From positions 34,498 through 98,497 of IMG/VR virus record IMGVR_UViG_3300012954_000010: 64,000 bases of DNA; one strand, given 5' to 3'. The stretch's first letter is position 1. The number at the start of each line of letters is the position of its first letter. Below are positions 11,137-18,559 of the stretch, one piece after another. Position numbers and translations under genes: made by a program. The notes below the pieces were generated by a model. It made no database searches and had not been told where the DNA came from. It saw only the letters and a program-made list of their open reading frames with translations. Source of the stretch: a virus.

Positions 11137-11831
11137 TTGTTCTCCTCCGTTAGTAGTTGTGGATCAGAACTTTTAGTGGGGTTGCTATCCCGTTCTGCTG
11201 GTGTGGTCCAAAAATAATCATCGGTGTCTCCAAGGCGTCCCCAGGCGGTTCCGTTCTCTACTTGGTATTCTATAGTCGATACCTTGAAGTCGGGCATCAG
11301 GGGCGTCTCAGGTGTGATAGAGAGATCGTATACACGCATCCTATTATTAGGATACAAAGCAAACTGACCATTCTCTAATGCAATGCAATTATGTGACTTG
11401 TGCTCGGCGGGCACTTCACTCACATTATTATCTATAACATCAATGTTCGCGTGATAGTTATCTAATGTAAACAAATACTCACCGCGCATCAAACCATGGT
11501 CTCTAGTTCTCAATTCAATATCCATAGAACTAATAAAACCTTTATTGATGCATCCTACACCGTAGTCCATACAGTTCCAGAATTGTAAATTGGGTAAATC
11601 CATATCTACATTCGGAGTTTTCGGCGTTCGGAGGAACGCGCTTATCGGTAACTTATCATACAAAGCACCATACTCAGGTAGGTAAGTCTCAAAGTAAAAA
11701 GCACGCCCAGGTATCGACTTTGCAGATACCCAGACGCCTCTAACAAACTCACCATGCCCATCCTGATGGTCGCGAAGATATTCTCTACGGACCCATACAG
11801 TCACAGCAGGCAAATTACAAATCAGATTCAT
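11133..11831 (-). CDS. Conserved cyanophage hypothetical protein
   Basis: 232-aa ORF coupled to both neighbours. Confidence 0.8.
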   Translation of the reverse strand: MNLICNLPAVTVWVRREYLRDHQDGHGEFVRGVWVSAKSIPGRAFYFETYLPEYGALYDKLPISAFLRTPKTPNVDMDLPNLQFWNCMDYGVGCINKGFISSMDIELRTRDHGLMRGEYLFTLDNYHANIDVIDNNVSEVPAEHKSHNCIALENGQFALYPNNRMRVYDLSITPETPLMPDFKVSTIEYQVENGTAWGRLGDTDDYFWTTPAERDSNPTKSSDPQLLTEENK

Positions 11832-11974
11832 TTCTCTGTTTTCGGATAGTATACTTCAACATATGAATCACACTTAGGACAGTGGAGGTTAGTTACAAAA
11901 CTATAATCTTCGCAGAGCTCACAATCAGTGTCTCCACCCCAGATAAGTTCTGTATCACAATGCCAACATCTCAC
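11828..11974 (-). CDS. Small Zn-ribbon-like protein (48 aa)
   Basis: GTG start; CWHC...CPKC; 4-nt overlaps at both ends. Confidence 0.7.
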   Translation of the reverse strand: MRCWHCDTELIWGGDTDCELCEDYSFVTNLHCPKCDSYVEVYYPKTEK

Positions 11975-12117
11975 CTGCCCTGACCGCGATAACGCTTGCG
12001 CTTGCCGTTGCGAGAGGTGGCACTATATTTCGTGTGCTGCCCAGAACCCTGACGAGTGCGCTTGGGTTTGGATTCGATGGTGGGTCCGCCACTGAGACCA
12101 ACTTTTGCTCGAGCCAT
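11971..12117 (-). CDS. Small basic protein (48 aa)
   Basis: MARAKVGLSGG...KPKRTRQGSGQHTKYSATSRNGKRKRYRGQGR. Confidence 0.75.
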   Translation of the reverse strand: MARAKVGLSGGPTIESKPKRTRQGSGQHTKYSATSRNGKRKRYRGQGR

Positions 12118-12125
12118 AATTTAGG

Positions 12126-12581
12126 TTATTGTTTTGTACCGATTAGTATTGTAGGATAAGGAGTGACTCCTGTCAAGTCCCTAAACTTAGGTGTGCCACT
12201 TGGAGCATTGACTGTATCACCACTGACAACGACTCGCTTGCCTTCAAAGAAGACAGTGGTGTTGACCTTCCCAAGGATGTTGAGACGCTCCAACGGTGGT
12301 GGGACAGGTGGTAGTATATTAGGCCATGTTCCTGGAACAGGTAGCGGTGGTCTGTCAGGATCGACAACCAGCATCGGCACACCTGTTGGTGCTTCCTTTG
12401 TAGCACCTGTTCGCAATGTCTTTAATTCTGTTGGATAGTTCGCAGCACCTTGAATAGGATACGCTGGATACTGGGCGCTGATCTCATTCCTAGTCGATGG
12501 AGAGTCCAACGCAGCTCCAGTAACAATCGTACCCTCTAGAGGGTAATCTATACCAGCAACAGGCGAATCATCAGTTGACAT
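12126..12581 (-). CDS. Divergent PAAR-like (gp5.4-like) spike-tip protein
   Basis: TTVFFEGKRVVVSGD resembles the PAAR motif VFING.P.AR.GD; Pro-rich; near gp25. Confidence 0.45.
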   Translation of the reverse strand: MSTDDSPVAGIDYPLEGTIVTGAALDSPSTRNEISAQYPAYPIQGAANYPTELKTLRTGATKEAPTGVPMLVVDPDRPPLPVPGTWPNILPPVPPPLERLNILGKVNTTVFFEGKRVVVSGDTVNAPSGTPKFRDLTGVTPYPTILIGTKQ

Positions 12582-12786
12582 ACTTACCCATCATTCTGAT
12601 TTTCTCATATAGATCATCCAATGCTTCAGAGATCTTCATGTAACTCTGGGAGTGGGGCGGCTTGTACATCAATTGGGGGTTTTCTAAAGCCTTCACCCTC
12701 AGTTCCAGTCTCTCTAATTTCTCGTGCAGCTTTAGGAGTAGCTCTTTGCACTCGTGCGTCGTCAATTGGGTTTCTTGAGTCATCAT
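12571..12786 (-). CDS. Hypothetical coiled-coil protein, overlapping 12626-12883
   Basis: MMTQETQL...KLERLELRVKALENPQLMYKPP; overlaps the downstream start. Confidence 0.55.
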   Translation of the reverse strand: MMTQETQLTTHECKELLLKLHEKLERLELRVKALENPQLMYKPPHSQSYMKISEALDDLYEKIRMMGKYVN

Positions 12787-12883
12787 CTTGTCCAGTGAAT
12801 CGTTGTGCTGCAGCTGCTTCAAATTGATCGCAGAATGCATCGAAGTTATTCAGTATATCTTCGTAGAAGTTGTTTTTGGTCAT
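12626..12883 (-). CDS. Hypothetical protein
   Basis: 85 aa; ATG overlaps the upstream TGA. Confidence 0.55.
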   Translation of the reverse strand: MTKNNFYEDILNNFDAFCDQFEAAAAQRFTGQDDDSRNPIDDARVQRATPKAAREIRETGTEGEGFRKPPIDVQAAPLPELHEDL

Positions 12884-13059
12884 AGTCCCATCATCTTTCC
12901 AAATGTGGTTGCTTTTCCCCTCCCTGGAAGATCCTTCAGTGGATCGTTTGCAGGGTCCTTGCTGAACCTCAGGTCCATTTCCAGATCATGGAATTTTTTC
13001 TCCAAGGCGTCAATGCGCTCATTGATTTTTCTCAAGGTATATGTTAGTTCAGAATCCAT
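12880..13059 (-). CDS. Hypothetical protein (59 aa)
   Basis: MDSELTYTLRKINERIDALEKKFHDLE...; first ORF after the late promoter at 13135. Confidence 0.6.
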   Translation of the reverse strand: MDSELTYTLRKINERIDALEKKFHDLEMDLRFSKDPANDPLKDLPGRGKATTFGKMMGL

Positions 13060-13134
13060 AACGACTTTTTGGGCGAATTTTTTGCTGGGAAATTTTTTTA
13101 GATTTCATGGTTTTAAAAAAACCATTTCCAAATA

Positions 13135-13141
13135 TATTTAT
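13135..13141 (-). promoter_or_regulatory. T4-type late promoter (ATAAATA)
   Basis: ATAAATA at the head of the baseplate operon. Confidence 0.6.
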
Positions 13142-13210
13142 CGGTCGCTGGGGAACCTTTGTAGGTTAGGAAGGACCCATGTTTTTCGCTTGGCGCCCCT
13201 TACATATAAC

Positions 13211-13236
13211 AAAAGGGGGCAAATCACTGCCCCCTT
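13211..13236 (-). terminator. Intrinsic terminator closing the early island
   Basis: GGGGGCA-loop-TGCCCCC followed by TTTT on the minus strand. Confidence 0.75.
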
Positions 13237-13310
13237 AGTGTTAATTAGTGGACTTACAGTCTGGGCTCGCCAGTAAAGATGTAGGCGCCGCAGTCCATGC
13301 CACTATGTGA

Positions 13311-13574
13311 TCACAACTCCCACATCATTTCATTCATTTCATCTGCATCAATCGCGGGGTCATTCCACTTAACGCCGTCACCTGTCTCACCCAACATGCG
13401 ACCGATCTGTCCATCCATCATGCAACGGACGAAGCAGTCCCATGGGGTCTCCAGTGTCTGGCGATAGGTCACACATGCCTTAGCGGTGTTGTAGAGAAAC
13501 TCATCGTTGCCGATCCAGAGGGAAGCGTTCCAAGTTTCGTAGTTTGCCCAACCGTTGTAGGTAGTGTCGCTCAT
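13311..13574 (-). CDS. Early hypothetical protein
   Basis: MSDTTYNGWANYETWNASLWIGNDE...; AAGGA RBS and TATAAT upstream put the start at 13574. Confidence 0.8.
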   Translation of the reverse strand: MSDTTYNGWANYETWNASLWIGNDEFLYNTAKACVTYRQTLETPWDCFVRCMMDGQIGRMLGETGDGVKWNDPAIDADEMNEMMWEL

Positions 13575-13596
13575 GATGTCCTTTGTTGTGTATGTA

Positions 13597-13833
13597 CTAA
13601 TTATAGGCGGGCATACAGGAAGTGCCACCACGCATGTGGCAGTTTACCCACTGTCCCAATGACCTGTCCCCTGCGATCATCAATGCTAAGATGTCACGCT
13701 TGCGAGTCTTGAAGGTGTACTCTGCCGAAGGGGTCTTAAACCAGCGCACTCTACAGGTGCCCGTGAAGGGGTTGACTCTCAGCGTCCACACGCTGCGGGA
13801 GATGCTGGGAGAGGTGCAGGAAATGTCAATCAT
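13597..13833 (-). CDS. Hypothetical protein, possibly KTSC-like
   Basis: 78 aa; EYTF...SLGQWVN pattern. Confidence 0.55.
   Translation of the reverse strand: MIDISCTSPSISRSVWTLRVNPFTGTCRVRWFKTPSAEYTFKTRKRDILALMIAGDRSLGQWVNCHMRGGTSCMPAYN
13600..13642 (-). promoter_or_regulatory. Early promoter with GTGCCAC/GTGGCAG inverted repeat
   Basis: TATAAT at 13600-13605; inverted repeat at 13622-13642. Confidence 0.65.
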
Positions 13834-13969
13834 AAATGGGGGCGAACAGTTGGTAGTAGAAGTCGTCGAAAATTTTGAACTGGTAGGAGGTCTCTGTTAG
13901 TGCGTCATCCTGTCCAGCGTTCCAGCAGTCTAGCACTGCGTCGTAAGTTTTTTCTGTCATGGCGGGCAT
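13826..13969 (-). CDS. Small hypothetical protein (47 aa)
   Basis: MPAMTEKTYDAVLDCWNAG...; coupled to neighbours. Confidence 0.55.
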   Translation of the reverse strand: MPAMTEKTYDAVLDCWNAGQDDALTETSYQFKIFDDFYYQLFAPIYD

Positions 13970-14172
13970 CAGTGGCGGTCGCTGATGTTCCAATATCCCC
14001 AGTTGTCATATCGGGGGGCGGGTTCCAGACCCTGACGCACACGCTCGCGGTATGCTGTCTCTGCTGCCATTTGCTTTCTGATGCTGTCCATCGCTGCTTG
14101 CATGATGGGTGAAGGGTTCTCATTGTGAAGGAAGAGACCGTCTTCTGATTTGATGAGTTTGGTTTTGTTCAT
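13969..14172 (-). CDS. Early hypothetical protein
   Basis: 67 aa; ATG about 6 nt after TATAAT (14179-14184), so probably leaderless. Confidence 0.65.
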   Translation of the reverse strand: MNKTKLIKSEDGLFLHNENPSPIMQAAMDSIRKQMAAETAYRERVRQGLEPAPRYDNWGYWNISDRH

Positions 14173-14197
14173 GTCTTTATTATAGGGGGCGCTGCCC

Positions 14198-14428
14198 CTA
14201 ATTGGTGACAGGGTAGACCACTTCGTCAGGTGTCACACGAACCCACTTCATTGCTGCCTGTGTGCCTATCTTCCAGATCATGGCGTCTTCACCCAGTTCA
14301 GCGGCGAGACGGTAGGCGGCGTTCATGTTGGTGGCATACTCGCAACCGTGCCCGTCCAACTTTGCCCACGATGCAGGTTGCACAGCGAAGAGGCGCTGTC
14401 CCTCGGTTGGTCGTTTGATTTCGTTCAT
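14198..14428 (-). CDS. Hypothetical protein
   Basis: 76 aa; ATGA overlap with the HicA-like gene. Confidence 0.65.
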   Translation of the reverse strand: MNEIKRPTEGQRLFAVQPASWAKLDGHGCEYATNMNAAYRLAAELGEDAMIWKIGTQAAMKWVRVTPDEVVYPVTN

Positions 14429-14598
14429 GCTGCTTTGTTTAATTGTTTTGCTATGTTGGACGCCACGAACGGGCGGGGTCGATATGGTATGGTTATTTGC
14501 TTACCCGAAGGGTGGCGAAAAACCATGTGCTTTGATCCGTTACGGTGCAGGACCCAGCCCCGCACCTTTGCAAGTTTGACCAATTGCTTTGGCGTCAT
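14425..14598 (-). CDS. hicA: HicA-family mRNA interferase-like protein (57 aa)
   Basis: MTPKQLVKLAKVRGWVLHRNGSKHMVFRHPSGKQITIPY... fits the HicA pattern; below the ORF-track length cutoff. Confidence 0.75.
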   Translation of the reverse strand: MTPKQLVKLAKVRGWVLHRNGSKHMVFRHPSGKQITIPYRPRPFVASNIAKQLNKAA

Positions 14599-14599
14599 G

Positions 14600-14905
14600 T
14601 CAGACGAAGGCGGTTTCCGTTTGCAGTTCAGAGATTAGCACTGCTTCCTGACGGAAGGCGCGTTTGTAATCATTCGCAACATCTACGAACAGAGGCATCA
14701 TCTCAGCGACCTGAGACTCAGGCATCTCAATGTAGAAGATTTTGGTCTCCTCCATCTCACCTTTCCAAAAACCGACGCCATCGATGAAAGTACCGAATTC
14801 AAACCGTGGCATGATGCTAGTACGGATGAACTCGTTCATCATTCCGTCGCTGACTTTGCCACTGTCGGGGATGTTGCGTCCCATTGTGATTTCGAGTCTG
14901 ATCAT
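14600..14905 (-). CDS. DUF3574-like protein
   Basis: GRNIPDSGKVSD...FI...IMPRF..GTFIDGVGFWKG...EETKI...YKRAFRQEAVL; RBS AAGGA. Confidence 0.7.
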   Translation of the reverse strand: MIRLEITMGRNIPDSGKVSDGMMNEFIRTSIMPRFEFGTFIDGVGFWKGEMEETKIFYIEMPESQVAEMMPLFVDVANDYKRAFRQEAVLISELQTETAFV

Positions 14906-14930
14906 GCTGTCCTTTGTTGTGTATACAGTT

Positions 14931-14988
14931 ATTATAGAGGATGGGGCAGACCTTGCTACCCCTACTGTGCCACTACCACAACTGGTCT
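14931..14988 (-). promoter_or_regulatory. Early promoter with palindromic box
   Basis: TATAAT at 14931-14936; GTGCCACT-N5-AACTGGTC starts 30 nt away. Confidence 0.75.
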
Positions 14989-15131
14989 TCAAACCGTTGA
15001 CGGGCGATCCATTCGCAGTGTTCAATGAGGGCGGCGTCTGTCATAGTGTCCGCTATGCCCGATTGCTTCATTGATGCCATTTCCTCGTCATAGAATTCTA
15101 ATAGCATGTCTTCATGATGGGGACTACTCAT
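14973..15131 (-). CDS. Small hypothetical protein
   Basis: MSSPHHEDMLLEFYDEEM... Confidence 0.55.
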   Translation of the reverse strand: MSSPHHEDMLLEFYDEEMASMKQSGIADTMTDAALIEHCEWIARQRFEDQLW

Positions 15132-15318
15132 ATTCACCCCCGTGAAATGCTTCATGTGCATCTAGGACGAAATCAATAATTTCATCTGTAGCACTGCAAC
15201 TGAATCTATCACAGAACCAGTCGAGGGTCATTTCTGCTGACCACATTGTGTCTAGCATGAATGCTTGAAGTTCAAGCAGGTTGTCATCGTTGATGACTGC
15301 GTTGATGTTTTGTCTCAT
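15124..15318 (-). CDS. Small acidic hypothetical protein
   Basis: MRQNINAVINDDNLLELQAFM...; directly after TATAAT (15325-15330). Confidence 0.6.
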   Translation of the reverse strand: MRQNINAVINDDNLLELQAFMLDTMWSAEMTLDWFCDRFSCSATDEIIDFVLDAHEAFHGGEYE

Positions 15319-15324
15319 GTGCTT

Positions 15325-15382
15325 ATTATAGGGCAAGGGGTCAGCAGTTCAACCCAGGCTGTGCCACTACGGGAACTGGTCC
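15325..15382 (-). promoter_or_regulatory. Early promoter with palindromic box
   Basis: TATAAT at 15325-15330; GTGCCACT-N5-AACTGGTC at 15361. Confidence 0.75.
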
Positions 15383-15589
15383 GTATATGTGGTTCATTAG
15401 GTCCCGCACTCTCTCGCGGTCTATACTGTCACCGTCACCCCAGTCCCAGTGATCCATTGCATCATTACACCTGTCGAGGTACATTAACAATGCATAGGAA
15501 ATTTGTTCCTTAGTTCTGTTCTGTGCATACATGCCACCCTGACCATAATAAGAGTAGACATAGTTGATGAATTCGTTGAAGTCTTTCAT
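15341..15589 (-). CDS. Hypothetical protein
   Basis: 82 aa; FINYVYSYYG..G.Y...GDGDSIDRERVRD. Confidence 0.75.
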   Translation of the reverse strand: MKDFNEFINYVYSYYGQGGMYAQNRTKEQISYALLMYLDRCNDAMDHWDWGDGDSIDRERVRDLMNHIYGPVPVVAQPGLNC

Positions 15590-15594
15590 GTTAA

Positions 15595-15777
15595 TTAAGC
15601 AAATAGTGGACGCATGTACTCTTTAAATTCCTCGCGCTTAGCATCAGCAAGGACCTTTAACTCTGTTTCAGAGAGATGCTTATATCTGAAATCTGCTTTC
15701 ATCTCATCATAACATGCCTGACTTATTCCTTTGTCAGTGATGTCATATTCATGAAGTTGAATGTGCTTAAAGAACAT
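15595..15777 (-). CDS. Hypothetical protein
   Basis: 60-aa ORF behind the promoter/box at 15802-15860. Confidence 0.65.
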   Translation of the reverse strand: MFFKHIQLHEYDITDKGISQACYDEMKADFRYKHLSETELKVLADAKREEFKEYMRPLFA

Positions 15778-15985
15778 AATAAAAAAATCCTGTACATCTA
15801 TACAATAGACGATCAGGATTTAAATGCAACACATAGTGTGCCACTTTTAAGATTGGACGGTGTAGTCAATTTCTACATTGCTTTGTGTGCTATCATCAAA
15901 AAAGAGTTCATTGTCATCCTGTAGAAGTGATTCAGCAATCATTTCTTCATTAGTCATAATACTCTCCCTAGAAAATACACTACTA

Positions 15986-16015
15986 ATTATAATGCTTAAG
16001 CACCTTTTTTGTCAA
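15986..16015 (-). promoter_or_regulatory. Consensus sigma70 promoter
   Basis: TTGACA-N18-TATAAT, followed by a GGGAGAG RBS and a short acidic ORF (MTNEEMIAESLL...). Confidence 0.8.
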
Positions 16016-16095
16016 TATAAAAATAAACCACGGCAAAAGATGATCGTTCGTCGATGTCGGAACGTACTTCATTATTGTGGGGGTAAGGGTATATT

Positions 16096-16122
16096 AAAAA
16101 GGGGGAGCAACGCGGCTCCCCC
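16096..16122 (-). terminator. Intrinsic terminator
   Basis: GGGGGAGC-6-GCTCCCCC followed by TTTTT. Confidence 0.8.
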
Positions 16123-16132
16123 ATATATTATA

Positions 16133-16456
16133 TCATGCTGCTCTGAATTCGTAACCGTTGATGAACTGGTATTGCTTACCGCCATCCATCACATACCACA
16201 CAAAATCTTTCTGAAATACGCCATCAGTGAAAGCGTTACAGAATTGGTTGATGATTGCATTAAGTCTAGACTTAGTGGTGTTGGATTGCCATCCACCATC
16301 AAAGATCTTAACGAAGTCATCACCAAGGGTAGCGATGTGGTTGCCGTGCAAATGTACATAGGTCATGCCGTTGCAGTTGGTGACTTCTGTGTTACCAGAT
16401 CTCCAATCCTTGCAGTTGGCGATGGCGCTGTTCATTTGCTGTTCAATCTTACGCAT
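16133..16456 (-). CDS. Conserved early hypothetical protein
   Basis: MRKIEQQMNSAI...VHLHGNHIA...GGWQSNTTKSRLNAI. Confidence 0.8.
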   Translation of the reverse strand: MRKIEQQMNSAIANCKDWRSGNTEVTNCNGMTYVHLHGNHIATLGDDFVKIFDGGWQSNTTKSRLNAIINQFCNAFTDGVFQKDFVWYVMDGGKQYQFINGYEFRAA

Positions 16457-16527
16457 GAGAGTCGGTGTTGTGTTGACTCTTTTAATATGACACAAAAAAT
16501 CGAGGTGTGCAACCACTAGTGGACAGT

Positions 16528-16686
16528 TCAATAACTGTCATAGTATTCATCGACCTCGCGTTTGAATTTGTTAACCTTCTTTTTGGATTGCCGCCGAATG
16601 TTTTTCACTTCATAACCGAAGTCTTCAAAATCATCCTGCAATTCTTTATACTTACTGGACTCGTACTTACCGTGTCTCTTACCCAT
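16528..16686 (-). CDS. Small charged protein (52 aa)
   Basis: MGKRHGKYESSKYKELQDDFEDFGYE... Confidence 0.55.
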   Translation of the reverse strand: MGKRHGKYESSKYKELQDDFEDFGYEVKNIRRQSKKKVNKFKREVDEYYDSY

Positions 16687-16723
16687 GGTCTAGTTTGTAT
16701 TACTCTACTGCCGAAAGTGATAA

Positions 16724-16963
16724 TTATTTAGTTTCAGTTAGATATCCATCTTTAATCTGGGCATGTAAGAATTTACCCATAGATCCATTGTCTCTGAACA
16801 ACACTTTCAGGATCTCTTCTTGTAGTTGTTCGACGAATAGTTCAGTATTTTTAGCAATAAATGAGTATTCTTTACTATTATTGCTATTATACACAATTTT
16901 GACAGTATTATCAACGATTTCAACTGATTTTACAGCTGAACTGTTGAATTTATCGTAAATCAT
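16724..16963 (-). CDS. KTSC-like hypothetical protein
   Basis: NSSAVKSV...KEYSF...SMGKFLH. Confidence 0.6.
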   Translation of the reverse strand: MIYDKFNSSAVKSVEIVDNTVKIVYNSNNSKEYSFIAKNTELFVEQLQEEILKVLFRDNGSMGKFLHAQIKDGYLTETK

Positions 16964-17209
16964 GACGCTTTTGTCTTAAATACGCAAGTGGTTAAATGTT
17001 AAAAAATGAAAAAACTCAAAAATCTTAAAATTTAACTTTTTAAGAATTCTGAAAAACTCAAAAAACGCAAAAAGTGAGATTTCTGTATTTCCATGAATTC
17101 ATTATAATGGCATTCTGAGGATTTTGGAGGTTTGGGTGTGCCACTTTGAGGACTGGCACATTCTCGGTTGACTTTCGATAGGTCGCGTGCTAAGCCAGCA
17201 TCTCCAGAG

Positions 17210-17242
17210 TACCTTTACAGTATCTTCACAGTATCTACACAG
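17210..17242. repeat. Three tandem 11-bp repeats
   Basis: TACCTTTACAG TATCTTCACAG TATCTACACAG. Confidence 0.7.
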
Positions 17243-17298
17243 CGTACATGGTATATTTTTTTATATATTTCTAATATATTTGGTATCACCATGTACAA

Positions 17299-17532
17299 TC
17301 ACTTAAATCCCTTACTATCACTGGCGCGGACAGGAGGCAAATCATTAACAATTACATGTGACAGGTGCTTAGTCTTTGACCAACCGAACCAGTATGATCT
17401 CATCTGTTCATAGTCATCAAATGTAAGTGTTTTTTTGTTCTTAAACACTACTGTGTAAGTGTGTCTATCATACAATCCATCACTTGTTTGAGTGTAGTAT
17501 TGTGGATCAGAGGGTTGGATCAATTGTGTCAT
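17299..17532 (-). CDS. Hypothetical protein
   Basis: 77-aa ORF in a co-oriented run. Confidence 0.65.
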   Translation of the reverse strand: MTQLIQPSDPQYYTQTSDGLYDRHTYTVVFKNKKTLTFDDYEQMRSYWFGWSKTKHLSHVIVNDLPPVRASDSKGFK

Positions 17533-17764
17533 CGTATTTGGATGCTCGTTTACCTTTGTATACTAGATCATCATAGTCACGAGGGAAACAACAAACTAGT
17601 ATGTGATCTTTCTTATGTTGTGATAGACCATCGAGTCTAGGTTTAGTTCCTATCTCTATTGTGACATACTCATCACATGAGAAATAGACCCATCCTTCTA
17701 ACTCTTTCCATACAACATAGTCATTTACTTGCGGTTTGTATGTCATGGGTGTAATGACTTCCAT
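17507..17764 (-). CDS. Hypothetical protein
   Basis: YKPQVNDYVVW...EGWVYF...YVTIEIG. Confidence 0.7.
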   Translation of the reverse strand: MEVITPMTYKPQVNDYVVWKELEGWVYFSCDEYVTIEIGTKPRLDGLSQHKKDHILVCCFPRDYDDLVYKGKRASKYDDTIDPTL

Positions 17765-17872
17765 ACTGCTTCAATGTGCATGTTACCTTTAATGTATCCA
17801 CTTACTATGATAGTAATAGTGAATAAGAATACTGCTACTAGTGATAGTACGAGTGGTACTGTTGGGTTAGCA

Positions 17873-18037
17873 TTAGTATTGTTCGCCATCTTTTGCTTTA
17901 GCGGCGCTGTGTACTGTTTCGACTACTGTGTATATCATTTCAGTAGTGGGCGACATGTTGGTGGTCACAATGATCAGACCAGCAACAGCGATGATGGCAG
18001 ATGTCCACCAATAGTGCTTTGTGATCAGGGTCGTCAT
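17873..18037 (-). CDS. Small membrane protein
   Basis: Hydrophobic WWTSAIIAVAGLIIV; TATAAT at 18059-18064. Confidence 0.5.
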   Translation of the reverse strand: MTTLITKHYWWTSAIIAVAGLIIVTTNMSPTTEMIYTVVETVHSAAKAKDGEQY

Positions 18038-18075
18038 GATGTAGTGTCGTATAGGTATATTATACCATAGATGGG

Positions 18076-18543
18076 TCAACTGTGTCGAACATATCGTTGA
18101 ATCCTGACTCCACCAGTCAGTGGGTCAGTCAATGGTACACTGGTGTGACACATCAATTTGTAGTCTCGTGGTTTAAGGTTGGATCGTTCGATCTGGTCAA
18201 CAGCATGGTCAAAACACATGAACCATGATAGATTGAATTTGTCTGTTCGTGGTTCGAGACGCCATGGCATACTCCTCACTGGAAATAGATCTGTGTCTTT
18301 GCATCGAGTATGCTTAACACCACGATCTTTTGTTTTAGAACCACTTACCTTTCGTTTTGAGGAAGTCTTTTGTTGTGTGGCGAGTGATTTCAGGTTCTTG
18401 TCCAGACTTTGTTGTGTCTTGGATGATGATACTGTCGCCTTCGACTTTCCACTCGACTTCTGTACCCGCTTGCCACTGGAGTTCTTGGAGGATGTAGTGC
18501 GGGATCGTGATGTAGAGGTCTTTCGTGTCGTCATACTGTTCAA
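18076..18543 (-). CDS. Hypothetical protein with an S/K-rich N-terminus overprinting the AbrB-like gene
   Basis: C-terminal PWRLE...WFMCFDH domain; start uncertain. Confidence 0.55.
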   Translation of the reverse strand: MNSMTTRKTSTSRSRTTSSKNSSGKRVQKSSGKSKATVSSSKTQQSLDKNLKSLATQQKTSSKRKVSGSKTKDRGVKHTRCKDTDLFPVRSMPWRLEPRTDKFNLSWFMCFDHAVDQIERSNLKPRDYKLMCHTSVPLTDPLTGGVRIQRYVRHS

Positions 18544-18559
18544 TCTTGAATGTATCCAT
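18335..18559 (-). CDS. AbrB/MazE/SpoVT-like DNA-binding protein
   Basis: LYITIPHYILQELQWQAGTEVEWKVEGDSIII. Confidence 0.7.
   Translation of the reverse strand: MDTFKIEQYDDTKDLYITIPHYILQELQWQAGTEVEWKVEGDSIIIQDTTKSGQEPEITRHTTKDFLKTKGKWF

Noticed and set aside
16043-16066. glnA-type glutamine riboswitch (CGTT...GAACG)
   Set aside because: Too short, lacks the three-way junction, and lies on the non-coding strand.
18335-18559. AbrB/MazE-like gene as the antitoxin for the HicA-like gene
   Set aside because: About 3.7 kb apart in a different transcription unit and not a HicB fold; no adjacent toxin.
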